Shown piece after piece: positions 37,840 to 47,544 of a stretch of 64,000 bases of DNA. The notes beneath the pieces are model-generated. The model did no database searches and was not told where the DNA came from. It saw nothing but the letters and a program-made list of their open reading frames with translations. Origin of the DNA: a virus. Taxonomy: Duplodnaviria; Caudoviricetes. A program made the position numbers and the translations under genes. The stretch is taken from IMG/VR virus record IMGVR_UViG_3300033463_000008; one strand, 5' to 3'. How positions within the stretch are numbered: the stretch's first letter is position 1; each line of letters opens with the position of its first letter.

Positions 37840-37906
37840 GTGGATAGAAGATATTAGCAGATACTAGCAGCAATTTAGCATCAAGAACTAGAAATAAGGA
37901 TAACTT

Positions 37907-39469
37907 ATGGATCAAAATATTCCTCAGCAGAATCAATTCGGCATTGGCGGGCAGCAGCAGTTTGCTCAGCCTCAGTTCACTCAGCCAGGTGCCGCTCCTC
38001 AGTTTAATTCCATGTTCGCAGGCATGGGTGGCGTTCCGGAAACTCCGGCAGGACAAGGCGCTCCCGCAGACCCGAACGAATGGCAACTCCAGTGCGACGC
38101 ACAGCACGAAAGCGTTGAAGCCATCATCCGCATCCTCCCGAGAGGGCTTGCAGGTGTCCAGAACAATCTTTGGCCTCACGTCAATTGCAAAAAGCATTAT
38201 CTTAAGAAGCGCGATGGTCAGCGTTGGGGCGAAGGCCCGATCATCTGTCGCGGAAACATTCCCGACCCGAACGCAAAGTATGGCAAGGCTTATTGCCCGC
38301 TCTGCAAGGAAACGTGGGACCGTTACTACAAAATCAAGAACACTTATGGTGAACAGGCAGCCAAGGATTCCGGTATTTCCGGCAACCTCTCCGTTGATGA
38401 CATCTATGTGAACGTTCTCGTTATCAATGACTTCGTTCACCCGGAAAACAACGGCCAGATTAAGATTTGGCACGCCAAGACAAAGCAGTGGGACAAGGTC
38501 ATGGCTGCATTGCCGGAACGCAATGTCAACAAGAATGGCCAGGCCAAGCAGCAGTACACCAGTACGGTTAAGTATGTCGGTGTCCCTTGGAATGTCCTCA
38601 CCGGTGCAGTGTTCCACTTGAAGGGCACGTGGGACACCACCAAGGCATGGGGTACTCATAAGGGTGCTGCCGTGTGGGAGGCTTCCGAATTCGATCCGAT
38701 GCCAACTCCGCTTGCCAACAATGATGAAGGCATCATGCAGTACCTCAACCAGTGCCATGACCTTTCCAAGTACGAACTTCAGCCGAAGTCTTCCGAAGAA
38801 TTGGAAGGTATTACCCGCAGCTTCTATGCTGCCTACGATGGCGCTCCTGCACAGGCCGTGGACAACAATAACAACATTGCAGCTAACGGCTATCCGGCTT
38901 ATCAACAGCCTGCCCCGTTTGGTCAGCAGTTTGCTCAGCCGGCCCAGGGTGGCACTATGCCGGCTGCTACGCCGAGTGCCTATGTTCCGCCTCAGCCGAA
39001 GACTACTGTCGGTAATGCCGGTGCATTCTTCAATAACCCGTCTGCACCGAACTATGCACAGCCTCAGCCTCAGCAGAGCGCATACGTGAATCCGGCAGCA
39101 GCTCCTGCACAGCCGAGCGCATTTGCGGCACCGGGTGTAGCACCTGTTCAGCAGAGTGCATTTGCAGCTCCTCAGGCAACACCGCAGTTTGCAGCTCCGA
39201 CACCGCAGTTTGCGGCTCCGGCAGCAGCACCTGTTCAGCAGAGTGCATTTGCAGCCCCGGCAGCAGCTCCGCAGGCCAACTTTGGTGCTCCGACTCCGCA
39301 GGCAGCCCCGCAGTTTGGTGTTCCGGGCGCAGCTCCGGCTCAGCCGGCGGCATATACCCCGCCTGCAGCTCCTGCACCGCAGCCGACTCCATTCGGTAAC
39401 GCTCCGGTTGGTGGTGCACCTGCGGCCACGACCATCCAGGTTGATGACGACGCGGATTTACCTTTCTAG
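37907..39469 (+). CDS. gp32-like single-stranded DNA-binding protein with long Q/P/A-rich linker and DDDADLPF tip
   Basis: AIIRILP, C..CPLC zinc site, YVNVLVINDFVHPENNGQIKIW, TGAVFHLK, SEF, CHDLSKY are gp32-type motifs. Confidence 0.85.
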   Translation: MDQNIPQQNQFGIGGQQQFAQPQFTQPGAAPQFNSMFAGMGGVPETPAGQGAPADPNEWQLQCDAQHESVEAIIRILPRGLAGVQNNLWPHVNCKKHYLKKRDGQRWGEGPIICRGNIPDPNAKYGKAYCPLCKETWDRYYKIKNTYGEQAAKDSGISGNLSVDDIYVNVLVINDFVHPENNGQIKIWHAKTKQWDKVMAALPERNVNKNGQAKQQYTSTVKYVGVPWNVLTGAVFHLKGTWDTTKAWGTHKGAAVWEASEFDPMPTPLANNDEGIMQYLNQCHDLSKYELQPKSSEELEGITRSFYAAYDGAPAQAVDNNNNIAANGYPAYQQPAPFGQQFAQPAQGGTMPAATPSAYVPPQPKTTVGNAGAFFNNPSAPNYAQPQPQQSAYVNPAAAPAQPSAFAAPGVAPVQQSAFAAPQATPQFAAPTPQFAAPAAAPVQQSAFAAPAAAPQANFGAPTPQAAPQFGVPGAAPAQPAAYTPPAAPAPQPTPFGNAPVGGAPAATTIQVDDDADLPF

Positions 39470-39484
39470 CAATTGTCTAGTTCG

Positions 39485-39515
39485 AAACGGCATCGTCATT
39501 GACGGTGCCGTTTTT
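39485..39515 (+). terminator. intrinsic terminator
   Basis: AAACGGCATCGTC-ATT-GACGGTGCCGTTTTT. Confidence 0.8.
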
Positions 39516-39532
39516 CATTGAGTGTTTATTTA

Positions 39533-40693
39533 ATGGCTGTTGATTATTCAGAAATACCCGCTGCGGTGTATGATCAGTTCATTCATGAACTTTACGGGAC
39601 CCAGAACCTGAAAGAACGTTCTGACCATTATGAGTTCGTGTGTCCGAACTGTGGTGACATGCGTTTTCCAAACAAGCGGAAGGCCTGGATTTATAAGGAC
39701 ACGTGGAAGTATATCTGCTTCAAGTGTCCCTGTTCTATGCCGTTTGCCTATTATTTGAAGCAGACTGACCGCGAAGCTTACAAAAGGCTAATATATGCCG
39801 CATTTGGTGAAATGGGGCATGAAGGTACGCGAAAGGAGAAGCCGAAAGAAGACCGAGTGGAACTTTCTCCGGAATTGCCGTTCGTGGATGGCGAGCTCCT
39901 TCCCATTACGGCAAATCACCCGCTGGCACAGGCAGGCCTGGCTGAATGCAAGAAAAGAAAGATTCGCCCCGAAGTATTCGAGAAGTGGTACGTTTGCCAG
40001 GAAGGGAACCAGTTTCTCCATAGGGACGAAAACGGAAACCTGATTATAAACCCGAATACCGGAAGACCGGTCGGTAACGAGTATAAGAACCGTATCATTA
40101 TACCGTTTTACCATTTTGGTGGCAAATGGACACAGTTTGATGCCCGCGCCATTGATCCGAACAACCCTACCCGATATTTGAACTGGAAGGGCGTACACCG
40201 CGAGGCTTACAATATTGACTTTATCCGGTTTGACCGTCCGTTCTACATTCTGGAAGGGTCGATTGACTCCACTTTCATTCCGAATGCAATCGGTATCGGT
40301 GGTGTCGAACACATGCAGGAAATTCTGATGGACAACCCTAAGATTGCCCAGAACAAGGAAAACTGCGTGTTCATATGGGACAATGACGAGGCTGGCCGCA
40401 AGGGTCGAACCGCATCATGCCATTTAGGGTATAAGTGGTTTGACTGGGAAGGTATCAATGAAAAGGATGTCAACGCCGAAGTGCTACACGGTACCAACAT
40501 GCCGCTTGATTCGGATGGGTATGTCCGGCAGGAATATATAGATGCGCGTACCCGTCAGCCAGGTGGCTCCGACATATTGTTCATGCTGAAATATGGAAAT
40601 GTCGCCAAGGAAAAGTACAAAAAGGACATGCAGCGCCGTAAGGAAGCCAATGCCAGACGGCAGCTTGCCGTAACACCGGAGGTTTACTTCTAA
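39533..40693 (+). CDS. gp61-like DNA primase
   Basis: Zinc ribbon CPNCGD...CFKC, RIIIPF, TOPRIM ILEGSIDS, WDNDEAGR, KDVN. Confidence 0.9.
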   Translation: MAVDYSEIPAAVYDQFIHELYGTQNLKERSDHYEFVCPNCGDMRFPNKRKAWIYKDTWKYICFKCPCSMPFAYYLKQTDREAYKRLIYAAFGEMGHEGTRKEKPKEDRVELSPELPFVDGELLPITANHPLAQAGLAECKKRKIRPEVFEKWYVCQEGNQFLHRDENGNLIINPNTGRPVGNEYKNRIIIPFYHFGGKWTQFDARAIDPNNPTRYLNWKGVHREAYNIDFIRFDRPFYILEGSIDSTFIPNAIGIGGVEHMQEILMDNPKIAQNKENCVFIWDNDEAGRKGRTASCHLGYKWFDWEGINEKDVNAEVLHGTNMPLDSDGYVRQEYIDARTRQPGGSDILFMLKYGNVAKEKYKKDMQRRKEANARRQLAVTPEVYF

Positions 40694-42729
40694 TGCTTGA
40701 CCGACTTATCAAGAAACTGAATGAACCTGAACCGGAATTTGTAGACGAGAAGTGGGTTGCATCCTACATCAAGAAGGATGTCGAATACGTCCGGAAGATT
40801 AAGCTGTGCGAAATGGTCCCGTTTCGCCTGGACGAACATGGCAACAAGATTTACAAGACTTCGGTAATCAAGCATCGAATCATGCGGTATCGGCTGATGC
40901 CTGCATCCACTGACCATCCGCTGTATGAGATGACGCAGGAAGAGGCCATGGTGTACCTGAATATCCATAGCCCTGCAAAATACGTGAAGCATGTTCGGGC
41001 TGGCGACATCAAGGTTCACCTAAACGCAAATGGAAAGAAGCGTGTCTACCGTCAGGATGCCGATGAATTTCTTCGCACATTCGATCGTCTATATCTACTG
41101 AAATACATCAGGGAGCCGCTGGTCTTTACTGATGCCGCGCTTCTGTTTGGATTCAAGATGAGCAACATGAAGTTCATGCTCAAGCGCAAGCGTATTGAGG
41201 CTGAACCGCGCAAGAAGTATGAAATCCGCAAGGTTTCGCAGGAAACGCTAATCAAGTTTTCTCAGGCTAGGGTAGATAACGGCCACAAGTTTAGAAGAAA
41301 CCCCATCCCGGAATACATGTCCCGCAGCATTGCCGAAATATACTGTGGTGCGGTTCCGGAAGCAAGGAATGCCGTTCGCGGAAAGCTCATCAAGTGTGAG
41401 CAGTACACTGCCGCAAATGGCAAGGTGAAGTGGGGTATCAGCAAGGCGAAGCTGGATGCGCTGATTAACAAGTGCTGGCAGGGACGCTGTTACGGTAGCG
41501 GCAAGCAGCCTTATTACAACTCCAGGAATGTCGAGTATATCTTTGGTAAAAGTCAGGCGTGGATTGATAACTGTCTTCGTGGCAAATGTCCGCTGGTGGA
41601 CAAGTATGGCGATCCTGTGGAAAAGAAGGATGCCTTCAAGAAGATATGCGGGTGGGACAAGAAGGCTGTCGAGGAAATTATTGCATCGGGTGTCGAATAT
41701 TATCCGAACATCCGTATAGGCAAGACGATTAAGAACCCGGAACCGAAACGCTTTACCACTCCCAAGCCAAAGACTGTCATAACACATGCTGCCGTTGAGG
41801 CGATTGAATATGCGTTGGACAATGCGTATTCTGAAAGGGAATTTGCCAAGGAGCAGCATGCGCGTGAAGTGGTCAATGCCAAGAACGACAGGCAGCGTGA
41901 AAAGGAAGCTATCCGTGTAGAGCTTGGGTTCAAGCCGACCAAGGAATTGCTTCTTCGTCGCGACAATGTGCTGAAATACTCGGAGAACAGGGAAATAATT
42001 TCCCTTGTCTACACAAATGCCGGCTGCAACATATACAAGGACAGGTCACTGGGTAAATATGACCTGGCGGTATTTGTCCGTGACCATGATTTCAGGCTTA
42101 GGCGACGGGTTACCCCGAATTCATCCACCCGATTGATACGCCGGGGCATAGAAAATTCAATCATGCGCAAGGTGAAGATGTTGCCGGAGTGGATAATAAT
42201 TGTCCCGGGAACATCATTCATAAACGATATCAACCTTTATGAAACTTTGCGGCAGGTCCCTAGCGAAGTAATGGCAGTCGCTCCGTTTGGATATGAGTTT
42301 ACTCAGTTTGACGGTACATGGACGAAATGCACCCGCACTTACGGATTTTACCAGAAGTACCGGTTGAACCCGGCAAGCAACGAGATGGTGCTTGGGTCGG
42401 TAAGGGTTAACGGGATGAACCCGGTTGAAGTACTTGACGGTCCATTTGTTGCCGTCCGGGGCGAAATGCTTGACAAACTTAAAGAAATTCACTATTTTAA
42501 TGTACTGGGCGAATGCCGCAGCGCTATGGGCCCGATTATCTCGGCGGTTTGTAGAAGATATCGGCTCGGAATGATGCAGGTGCCGGTCAGTTCTTCGTGT
42601 TCAGGTGACTACATGGTGTCCTATGATAGTCCGAAATGGCACGAGATTGAGGATAGAATCATCAGCTACGTGGCGGCTACCGAGCAAGCCATAGCGTTTA
42701 ACCGCAGGAAAGAGATATGCAAGAAATAA
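40693..42729 (+). CDS. multi-HTH (Xis/MerR-like repeats) protein fused to a degenerate GT2-like C-terminal domain
   Basis: HTH_17-like units (MTQEEAMVYLNI..VRAGDI..KRVYRQDADEFL; LVFTDAALLFG; MSRSIAEIY; YNSRNVEYIFGKS); C-terminal PVEVLDGPFVAVRG resembles GT2-like domains. Confidence 0.55.
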   Translation: MLDRLIKKLNEPEPEFVDEKWVASYIKKDVEYVRKIKLCEMVPFRLDEHGNKIYKTSVIKHRIMRYRLMPASTDHPLYEMTQEEAMVYLNIHSPAKYVKHVRAGDIKVHLNANGKKRVYRQDADEFLRTFDRLYLLKYIREPLVFTDAALLFGFKMSNMKFMLKRKRIEAEPRKKYEIRKVSQETLIKFSQARVDNGHKFRRNPIPEYMSRSIAEIYCGAVPEARNAVRGKLIKCEQYTAANGKVKWGISKAKLDALINKCWQGRCYGSGKQPYYNSRNVEYIFGKSQAWIDNCLRGKCPLVDKYGDPVEKKDAFKKICGWDKKAVEEIIASGVEYYPNIRIGKTIKNPEPKRFTTPKPKTVITHAAVEAIEYALDNAYSEREFAKEQHAREVVNAKNDRQREKEAIRVELGFKPTKELLLRRDNVLKYSENREIISLVYTNAGCNIYKDRSLGKYDLAVFVRDHDFRLRRRVTPNSSTRLIRRGIENSIMRKVKMLPEWIIIVPGTSFINDINLYETLRQVPSEVMAVAPFGYEFTQFDGTWTKCTRTYGFYQKYRLNPASNEMVLGSVRVNGMNPVEVLDGPFVAVRGEMLDKLKEIHYFNVLGECRSAMGPIISAVCRRYRLGMMQVPVSSSCSGDYMVSYDSPKWHEIEDRIISYVAATEQAIAFNRRKEICKK

Positions 42730-43580
42730 GATTTAGTAGGCCGTTCTTCAATGTAATCAAGCAGGTGTGCTTGGTGACCAAGGCTAAGACTGTCAAGTTT
42801 TTCCATGACGGCGACAAGTCTTGCCTGAACATACACAATGAGAACAGCTTTATCCATATCAGCGCGGGTCCCACCGATTTTTCGTTTGACGGACTGGAAA
42901 TCAATTCGTCATCGTTTATCGAGTTCATCCGGTTTGCTGAACTTATTGGCTACCCGGAAACTGGCAGTATCGTAGTTGACAATGAAGAAACCATTGCTGG
43001 CCATATTTATGAGTTTATCCGCTTTGCCAACGGTTCTGAAACTGCCCGTAGTCTTACTGCGGAACCGTCGTTCTTTAATGAAGACGACACGAAGATTCCA
43101 GCTTCCCGCGAAGCTGACCCGATGAGCCTTTTGGCCACCATCAAGCTGAACAAGAAGGATTTGGAAAAGTATGTCCAGAAGCTGAAACTTGTTCCCGGGT
43201 GCCAGTTCTTTAGCGTGAATGTGACTCCGAAGGGCGAAGTCAAGTTCTATTTCAAGGGCCGTGTTGGGCAGCAGATTACTAGCAAGGTTGACTACACGAT
43301 GACTCTTCCGGGCGACAGCAAGGCTATCGAGGTTGCTTATGGGCAATCCTCCAAGCAGAGATACCGTAAGATTCCTGCATCCATCTTTACGGTACTTAAA
43401 GGTCTGGGCTGTGAAGAATATGACATGGAAATCCGCTACGTGGCTGCTGACTTCGACTCCATCGCATTGAAGTCGTTTGCCAACTTGCAGGGTCTTGACC
43501 AGCAGTACCCCATTGGCATCTATGCGATGATTGTGGAATGCTCCGGCGCAGAGGAAAATGCAGAAGAACTTGTTGATTAA
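42717..43580 (+). CDS. gp45-like sliding clamp (divergent)
   Basis: IRFSRPFFNVIK, DFSFD..EFIRF, TAEPS, LNKKDLEK patterns parallel T4 gp45; located in the replisome cluster. Confidence 0.55.
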   Translation: MQEIRFSRPFFNVIKQVCLVTKAKTVKFFHDGDKSCLNIHNENSFIHISAGPTDFSFDGLEINSSSFIEFIRFAELIGYPETGSIVVDNEETIAGHIYEFIRFANGSETARSLTAEPSFFNEDDTKIPASREADPMSLLATIKLNKKDLEKYVQKLKLVPGCQFFSVNVTPKGEVKFYFKGRVGQQITSKVDYTMTLPGDSKAIEVAYGQSSKQRYRKIPASIFTVLKGLGCEEYDMEIRYVAADFDSIALKSFANLQGLDQQYPIGIYAMIVECSGAEENAEELVD

Positions 43581-43592
43581 GGAGGCATAATC

Positions 43593-43964
43593 ATGAAAAC
43601 AGCAGCAAAGTGGCCTGCGATTGATCCGGTAGTCAAGGATTGGATAATCGAGTATTTCAGCAAATGCAACAAGATGGGTCGCCCATTGAAGGCCTCACAC
43701 ATTAAGCCGGAAATCGACATCGTGAAGTCCATTGTCCTGTATATGCCGGTATGGGGTTCCGATGAGACGTGCTGGGTGGACAATGAAATTATAACCATCA
43801 AGGTATTTTCCTACCGCGATAGTCCACATAAATACATGCTCGTGACCGCCAGAACACGATCCGGTGAAGTGGATAACCATTATTACACTTGTACGACGGT
43901 GGACCATCAGGCGGATGCCGGTGATATTGAATGGCTTGAACGGCTGGTGCGGGAGCGTGAATAG
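43593..43964 (+). CDS. hypothetical protein
   Basis: AGGAGG RBS; 123 aa. Confidence 0.7.
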   Translation: MKTAAKWPAIDPVVKDWIIEYFSKCNKMGRPLKASHIKPEIDIVKSIVLYMPVWGSDETCWVDNEIITIKVFSYRDSPHKYMLVTARTRSGEVDNHYYTCTTVDHQADAGDIEWLERLVRERE

Positions 43965-43977
43965 TTGCGGTTGACCT

Positions 43978-43985
43978 TATAAACT
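43978..43985 (+). promoter_or_regulatory. TATAAACT late-type promoter
   Basis: Exact motif 32 nt upstream of the GTG start. Confidence 0.7.
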
Positions 43986-44017
43986 TCTCCCAAAGAAGAA
44001 TTTTTTAGAGGTCAATC

Positions 44018-45535
44018 GTGCCGATTACTATATCTCGTCAGGAACTCCTGGAAAAATTGGGCAATATGGGTAAGATGAGCTATGTCAAGACCCAGAGCGG
44101 CCCGGTCGTTCCGGCTAAGAAAGAACTTATTGATACCATCACGAAGAATGTCCCGAAGCCTGTTGGCGACCAGACCAAGGCGAAGTGGGACCATCGTAGA
44201 TACGACAACGATCCGCTTACACTCAACAAGAATTACCTGAACTTGAAGGACCTTGGAATCAAGGTCATGACCGAGTCCAGGCTCCGTTCGTTGAATGAAG
44301 CTAATGGCATGACGTGCAAGATTGACTTGCCGGTCATGGACCAGCAGGTGACTTCCGGCAAGATGCAGTGCCTTGGCCATGAGATTCAATTGCAGATGAT
44401 GGCACCAAACGATGAAGGCGAAGTTACTATCATTCTCGATGACAAGAATACCGGCAATACTACACAGCGTGTGTTACCGGCGGATTCTGATGAACTGAAA
44501 GGCCGCCTTGACTTGGTAATCAAACGCTTGGCAATCGACCTCGTGAAGAATGGTGACCGTGCCGACAACTTTGACCAGATGACTGGCGGTGTTGGCTCTG
44601 TTACTGGGTTTGCCGGAAACGACAACTTCGGCGATGTTGATTTTGACAACCTGAATACGGCTGAAATGGGTCCAAGTGCGCTGGTTCGACAGGAATCCGT
44701 GGACTGGCAGCTTAATGCCCTTCTAGGCATGTGCAACAAGATTACGCTTGAAGCTGAAGGCGATTTCACGGCAGATGACTTTGCTGCGCCTGCGGATGGT
44801 GGTGCCGGTGGTGCTGACGGTGGTGCTGGAATGGATCCTAATGCCGGTGGTGGCATGAGCGCCGGTGATGTGAATGCCAATGCCGGTGGTACAGCCGAAG
44901 GTGCTAAGGAGACCATGGAATTTACCACGTTCTGTGACCCTGGCGTGGGCGATGACGGTGCCGGTCTGTCTCAGAAGGCTGTTGATACGCTTAACAAGAT
45001 TATTGCGAATGCGTATACCAAGGGCTTGAAGGATGACAGCTCGGGTGTTCAGCCGGACGAGGATGAAATTGCCAATGGTTGGGCCGGTACGTTGGCTCAG
45101 CCGCGTGTGGTTGCAGTTCCTACGTTCCTTAAGTTCCCGAAGTATGCTGCATTGGGCAGTCAGCCTCTTAACAAGGATGGCCTTGTCAAGATGGCCAAGG
45201 CTCTTGAAGACGGTATTGACCCCAAGACCTTCGACCAGCGTCTTGGCACATGGTTCCCCGAGGTTTACAACGAAGACGGCACGAGCATCAACGATGTCGA
45301 TGCTCAGACAGCCGCTATGCGCATGCCGGGCGATGACCCGACCGGTACTGGTGTTGGCTTTGACCCGAATGCCCAGATTGGCGATCCGAATGGTGGCACT
45401 GGCGATACCGGTGACATGATGGACAGGGCTAATAACTTGTTTGGCGAACCGGGAACCGAAATGAAGGAAGGCGAGGGTGACGACGGAAACGACAACGTAG
45501 ACTTCGACCTTGCCGCTCTGGACAATATTTATTAA
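44018..45535 (+). CDS. hypothetical late protein, acidic Gly/Asp-rich, probably prohead-internal
   Basis: GAGG RBS, GTG start, late motif; several hydrophobic-x-E sites. Confidence 0.7.
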   Translation: MPITISRQELLEKLGNMGKMSYVKTQSGPVVPAKKELIDTITKNVPKPVGDQTKAKWDHRRYDNDPLTLNKNYLNLKDLGIKVMTESRLRSLNEANGMTCKIDLPVMDQQVTSGKMQCLGHEIQLQMMAPNDEGEVTIILDDKNTGNTTQRVLPADSDELKGRLDLVIKRLAIDLVKNGDRADNFDQMTGGVGSVTGFAGNDNFGDVDFDNLNTAEMGPSALVRQESVDWQLNALLGMCNKITLEAEGDFTADDFAAPADGGAGGADGGAGMDPNAGGGMSAGDVNANAGGTAEGAKETMEFTTFCDPGVGDDGAGLSQKAVDTLNKIIANAYTKGLKDDSSGVQPDEDEIANGWAGTLAQPRVVAVPTFLKFPKYAALGSQPLNKDGLVKMAKALEDGIDPKTFDQRLGTWFPEVYNEDGTSINDVDAQTAAMRMPGDDPTGTGVGFDPNAQIGDPNGGTGDTGDMMDRANNLFGEPGTEMKEGEGDDGNDNVDFDLAALDNIY

Positions 45536-45551
45536 TCTATTCCTCCTGAGT

Positions 45552-45583
45552 AAAAAGAGGCGTCCCATTGGGGCGCCTTTTTT
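45552..45583 (+). terminator. intrinsic terminator
   Basis: AAAAAGAGGCGTCCC-ATT-GGGGCGCCTTTTTT. Confidence 0.8.
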
Positions 45584-45609
45584 GATGTAGTTTTCGAATG
45601 AGGTTAAGT

Positions 45610-46740
45610 ATGTCAGAAAAAACTCCATCTCTTGTAATGTTTAATACCGCCACTAGGTTCCGTTCCGCGATTTCGTTCCTGTATTCATCGACCAGGGATG
45701 ACAACATGAGGGCTCACGTCTGGACCGACAAGGACTCTGATGGCATTGTGATTTTGCATGTTCAGACTGAACATGGTGTCTATGTAAACACGGACTCCAC
45801 ATTGAAGTCCGAACTCCTTGATTGTGATGCCTGGGTCAATTTGCATGATTTCTGCGAACTATGCCGAGAAGTTTCCCAGGAAAACAATGTCACCCTTTGG
45901 GTGGATGGCGGGCGCCTTTATGTAGCGTCGTCCTTCAATGAAGACTTTGAAGGGTTTGAACTTGAATGCTACTGTGAGCCCGTTGAGTCGTTCGAATATG
46001 ACGATATGGGGGACAGCATTGATGAAACAATCAAGATTGAACAGGGTTCATTCTCCATCGTGACGGACAGCTCGTTTGACTTTGAATGGATGGAAATTCA
46101 CCGTCACGAAGGGTTGCTTTCTTACCGCTCCGGCAAGGACAAGGTTGTTCTCGCCACTGTCGTTGCTTCACTTTCTGGGCATGACGGTGTCGAAGTGAAC
46201 AAGGGCCTTCCGGATTTCGCAATTAGGATTCCATGCGACCTTTTCCGTATCATCCCGATGCTTGAAGTTTCCCAGGAATGTACCCTTAATCTTGACTACA
46301 AGAATAAGCGTCTTCGCATTGCCGGTGAAGTCATGCGCATTGATTATTCCTACAAGGAACCGGAATTTCCAGCAATGTCATCCGAAGGGATGACCGACTA
46401 CATGAAGTTTGATACCGCCGCGATGATTGCTACCATTGACACGATTTATCGAGTGAACTACAAGAACCCGAGTGCCATTGTCAAGATTACCCCGGTGGAT
46501 GAAGGGCATGTTTCTATCGAGTTCAAGGTGGAAGGCCGCTATGGTGCAACTGTGACCATGGGCGAAGTCCATATGTTCGATCTGGAAAAGTCGGTTGAAC
46601 TGTCGATGGATATCATTACGATTATGATCCGCAACTGCAACTGCAAGAATCTGCTATTGAAGTTGGGCCCGGATGACAAAATGATGCTTTGTTTCAGCAA
46701 CCAGCTGTTTGCTAGAAAGGTGTATTATCTTGGAAAATAA
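45610..46740 (+). CDS. DNA polymerase III beta-clamp (DnaN)-like protein, divergent
   Basis: 376 aa; three-domain pattern: VNLHDFCELCREV..VTLWVDGGRLYV, IRIP, EPEFP, FDTAAMIATIDTI, LSMDIITIMIRN..LLLKL. Confidence 0.5.
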   Translation: MSEKTPSLVMFNTATRFRSAISFLYSSTRDDNMRAHVWTDKDSDGIVILHVQTEHGVYVNTDSTLKSELLDCDAWVNLHDFCELCREVSQENNVTLWVDGGRLYVASSFNEDFEGFELECYCEPVESFEYDDMGDSIDETIKIEQGSFSIVTDSSFDFEWMEIHRHEGLLSYRSGKDKVVLATVVASLSGHDGVEVNKGLPDFAIRIPCDLFRIIPMLEVSQECTLNLDYKNKRLRIAGEVMRIDYSYKEPEFPAMSSEGMTDYMKFDTAAMIATIDTIYRVNYKNPSAIVKITPVDEGHVSIEFKVEGRYGATVTMGEVHMFDLEKSVELSMDIITIMIRNCNCKNLLLKLGPDDKMMLCFSNQLFARKVYYLGK

Positions 46741-46813
46741 AATAATCGTTGCAAATGCAACGATTATGTGCCAATAGATGGGATAAGCGGTGTATTTGCA
46801 CCGCTTATTTTTT
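46741..46813. terminator. two hairpins between convergent genes (terminators)
   Basis: ATAATCGTTGC-AAAT-GCAACGATTAT and ATAAGCGGTGT-ATTT-GCACCGCTTATTTTTT. Confidence 0.75.
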
Positions 46814-46817
46814 ATTC

Positions 46818-47432
46818 TTATGCCGGTTCTTCGACGGGTGTTTCATCCGTATCGACTGGTGTTTCATCCGCATTGTCGGTTGCTGTATCGGTTCCGACTT
46901 CCTCACCACCGGGTTCTTCCGCCGAGATGTTGTTCACGTCACTTGCCGTTTCTGCACCATCTTCCGCGGTGAAATCGTCAAATGCGTTATTGGCGGTATC
47001 GTTAAGGGAGCTCATGTCTTCATCGCTGAAACCCATGGCGTTGTTGTCTATTCCGCCACCGAAGTCACCGCCATCAAAATCACCACTACCACCAAGCATT
47101 TCGTTATCATCATCTGGGGCTGCAAATGCTTCTGAACCCGGATAGCTGTCGCCAAAGAAATTTTTGAATTCTTCATCCTGTTCGGTCTGGTTTTCTTCCG
47201 GATGAAGCAGTTCGTCTTCCACTTCCTTGTAGCTCTGTTCCTTCATGTCGGCAGTTGTGTTCCCAAACGGGACTTCGGATGGTGTTTTCAGGCGTTTCTG
47301 GTTGAGTTCCATAATCTTGTCATGCAACTTTGCCTTGATTTCGCTGATAGGTACCTTAGTGTCGTCGTGGAGTTGGGTAACTGCGGGGGATTCATGACTT
47401 ACTGAACCTGATGTGGGGACGTTAAGTTCCAT
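46818..47432 (-). CDS. acidic hypothetical late protein
   Basis: Start chosen at MELNV (47432), downstream of a TATAAATC variant (47461-47468, -); D/E/G-rich C-terminal half. Confidence 0.65.
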   Translation of the reverse strand: MELNVPTSGSVSHESPAVTQLHDDTKVPISEIKAKLHDKIMELNQKRLKTPSEVPFGNTTADMKEQSYKEVEDELLHPEENQTEQDEEFKNFFGDSYPGSEAFAAPDDDNEMLGGSGDFDGGDFGGGIDNNAMGFSDEDMSSLNDTANNAFDDFTAEDGAETASDVNNISAEEPGGEEVGTDTATDNADETPVDTDETPVEEPA

Positions 47433-47480
47433 AATTGATGCCTTTTTGATGTCGGATATAGATTTATAACGCAATTGGAC

Positions 47481-47510
47481 TATAAATATTTTTTCGTTGT
47501 ACTATAAACT
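47481..47510 (+). promoter_or_regulatory. TATAAATA plus TATAAACT late-type promoters
   Basis: Exact T4 consensus at 47481-47488 and local consensus at 47503-47510. Confidence 0.7.
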
Positions 47511-47544
47511 TTCAGCATAAGAAAAATGTCCAAAAGGATTTAAC

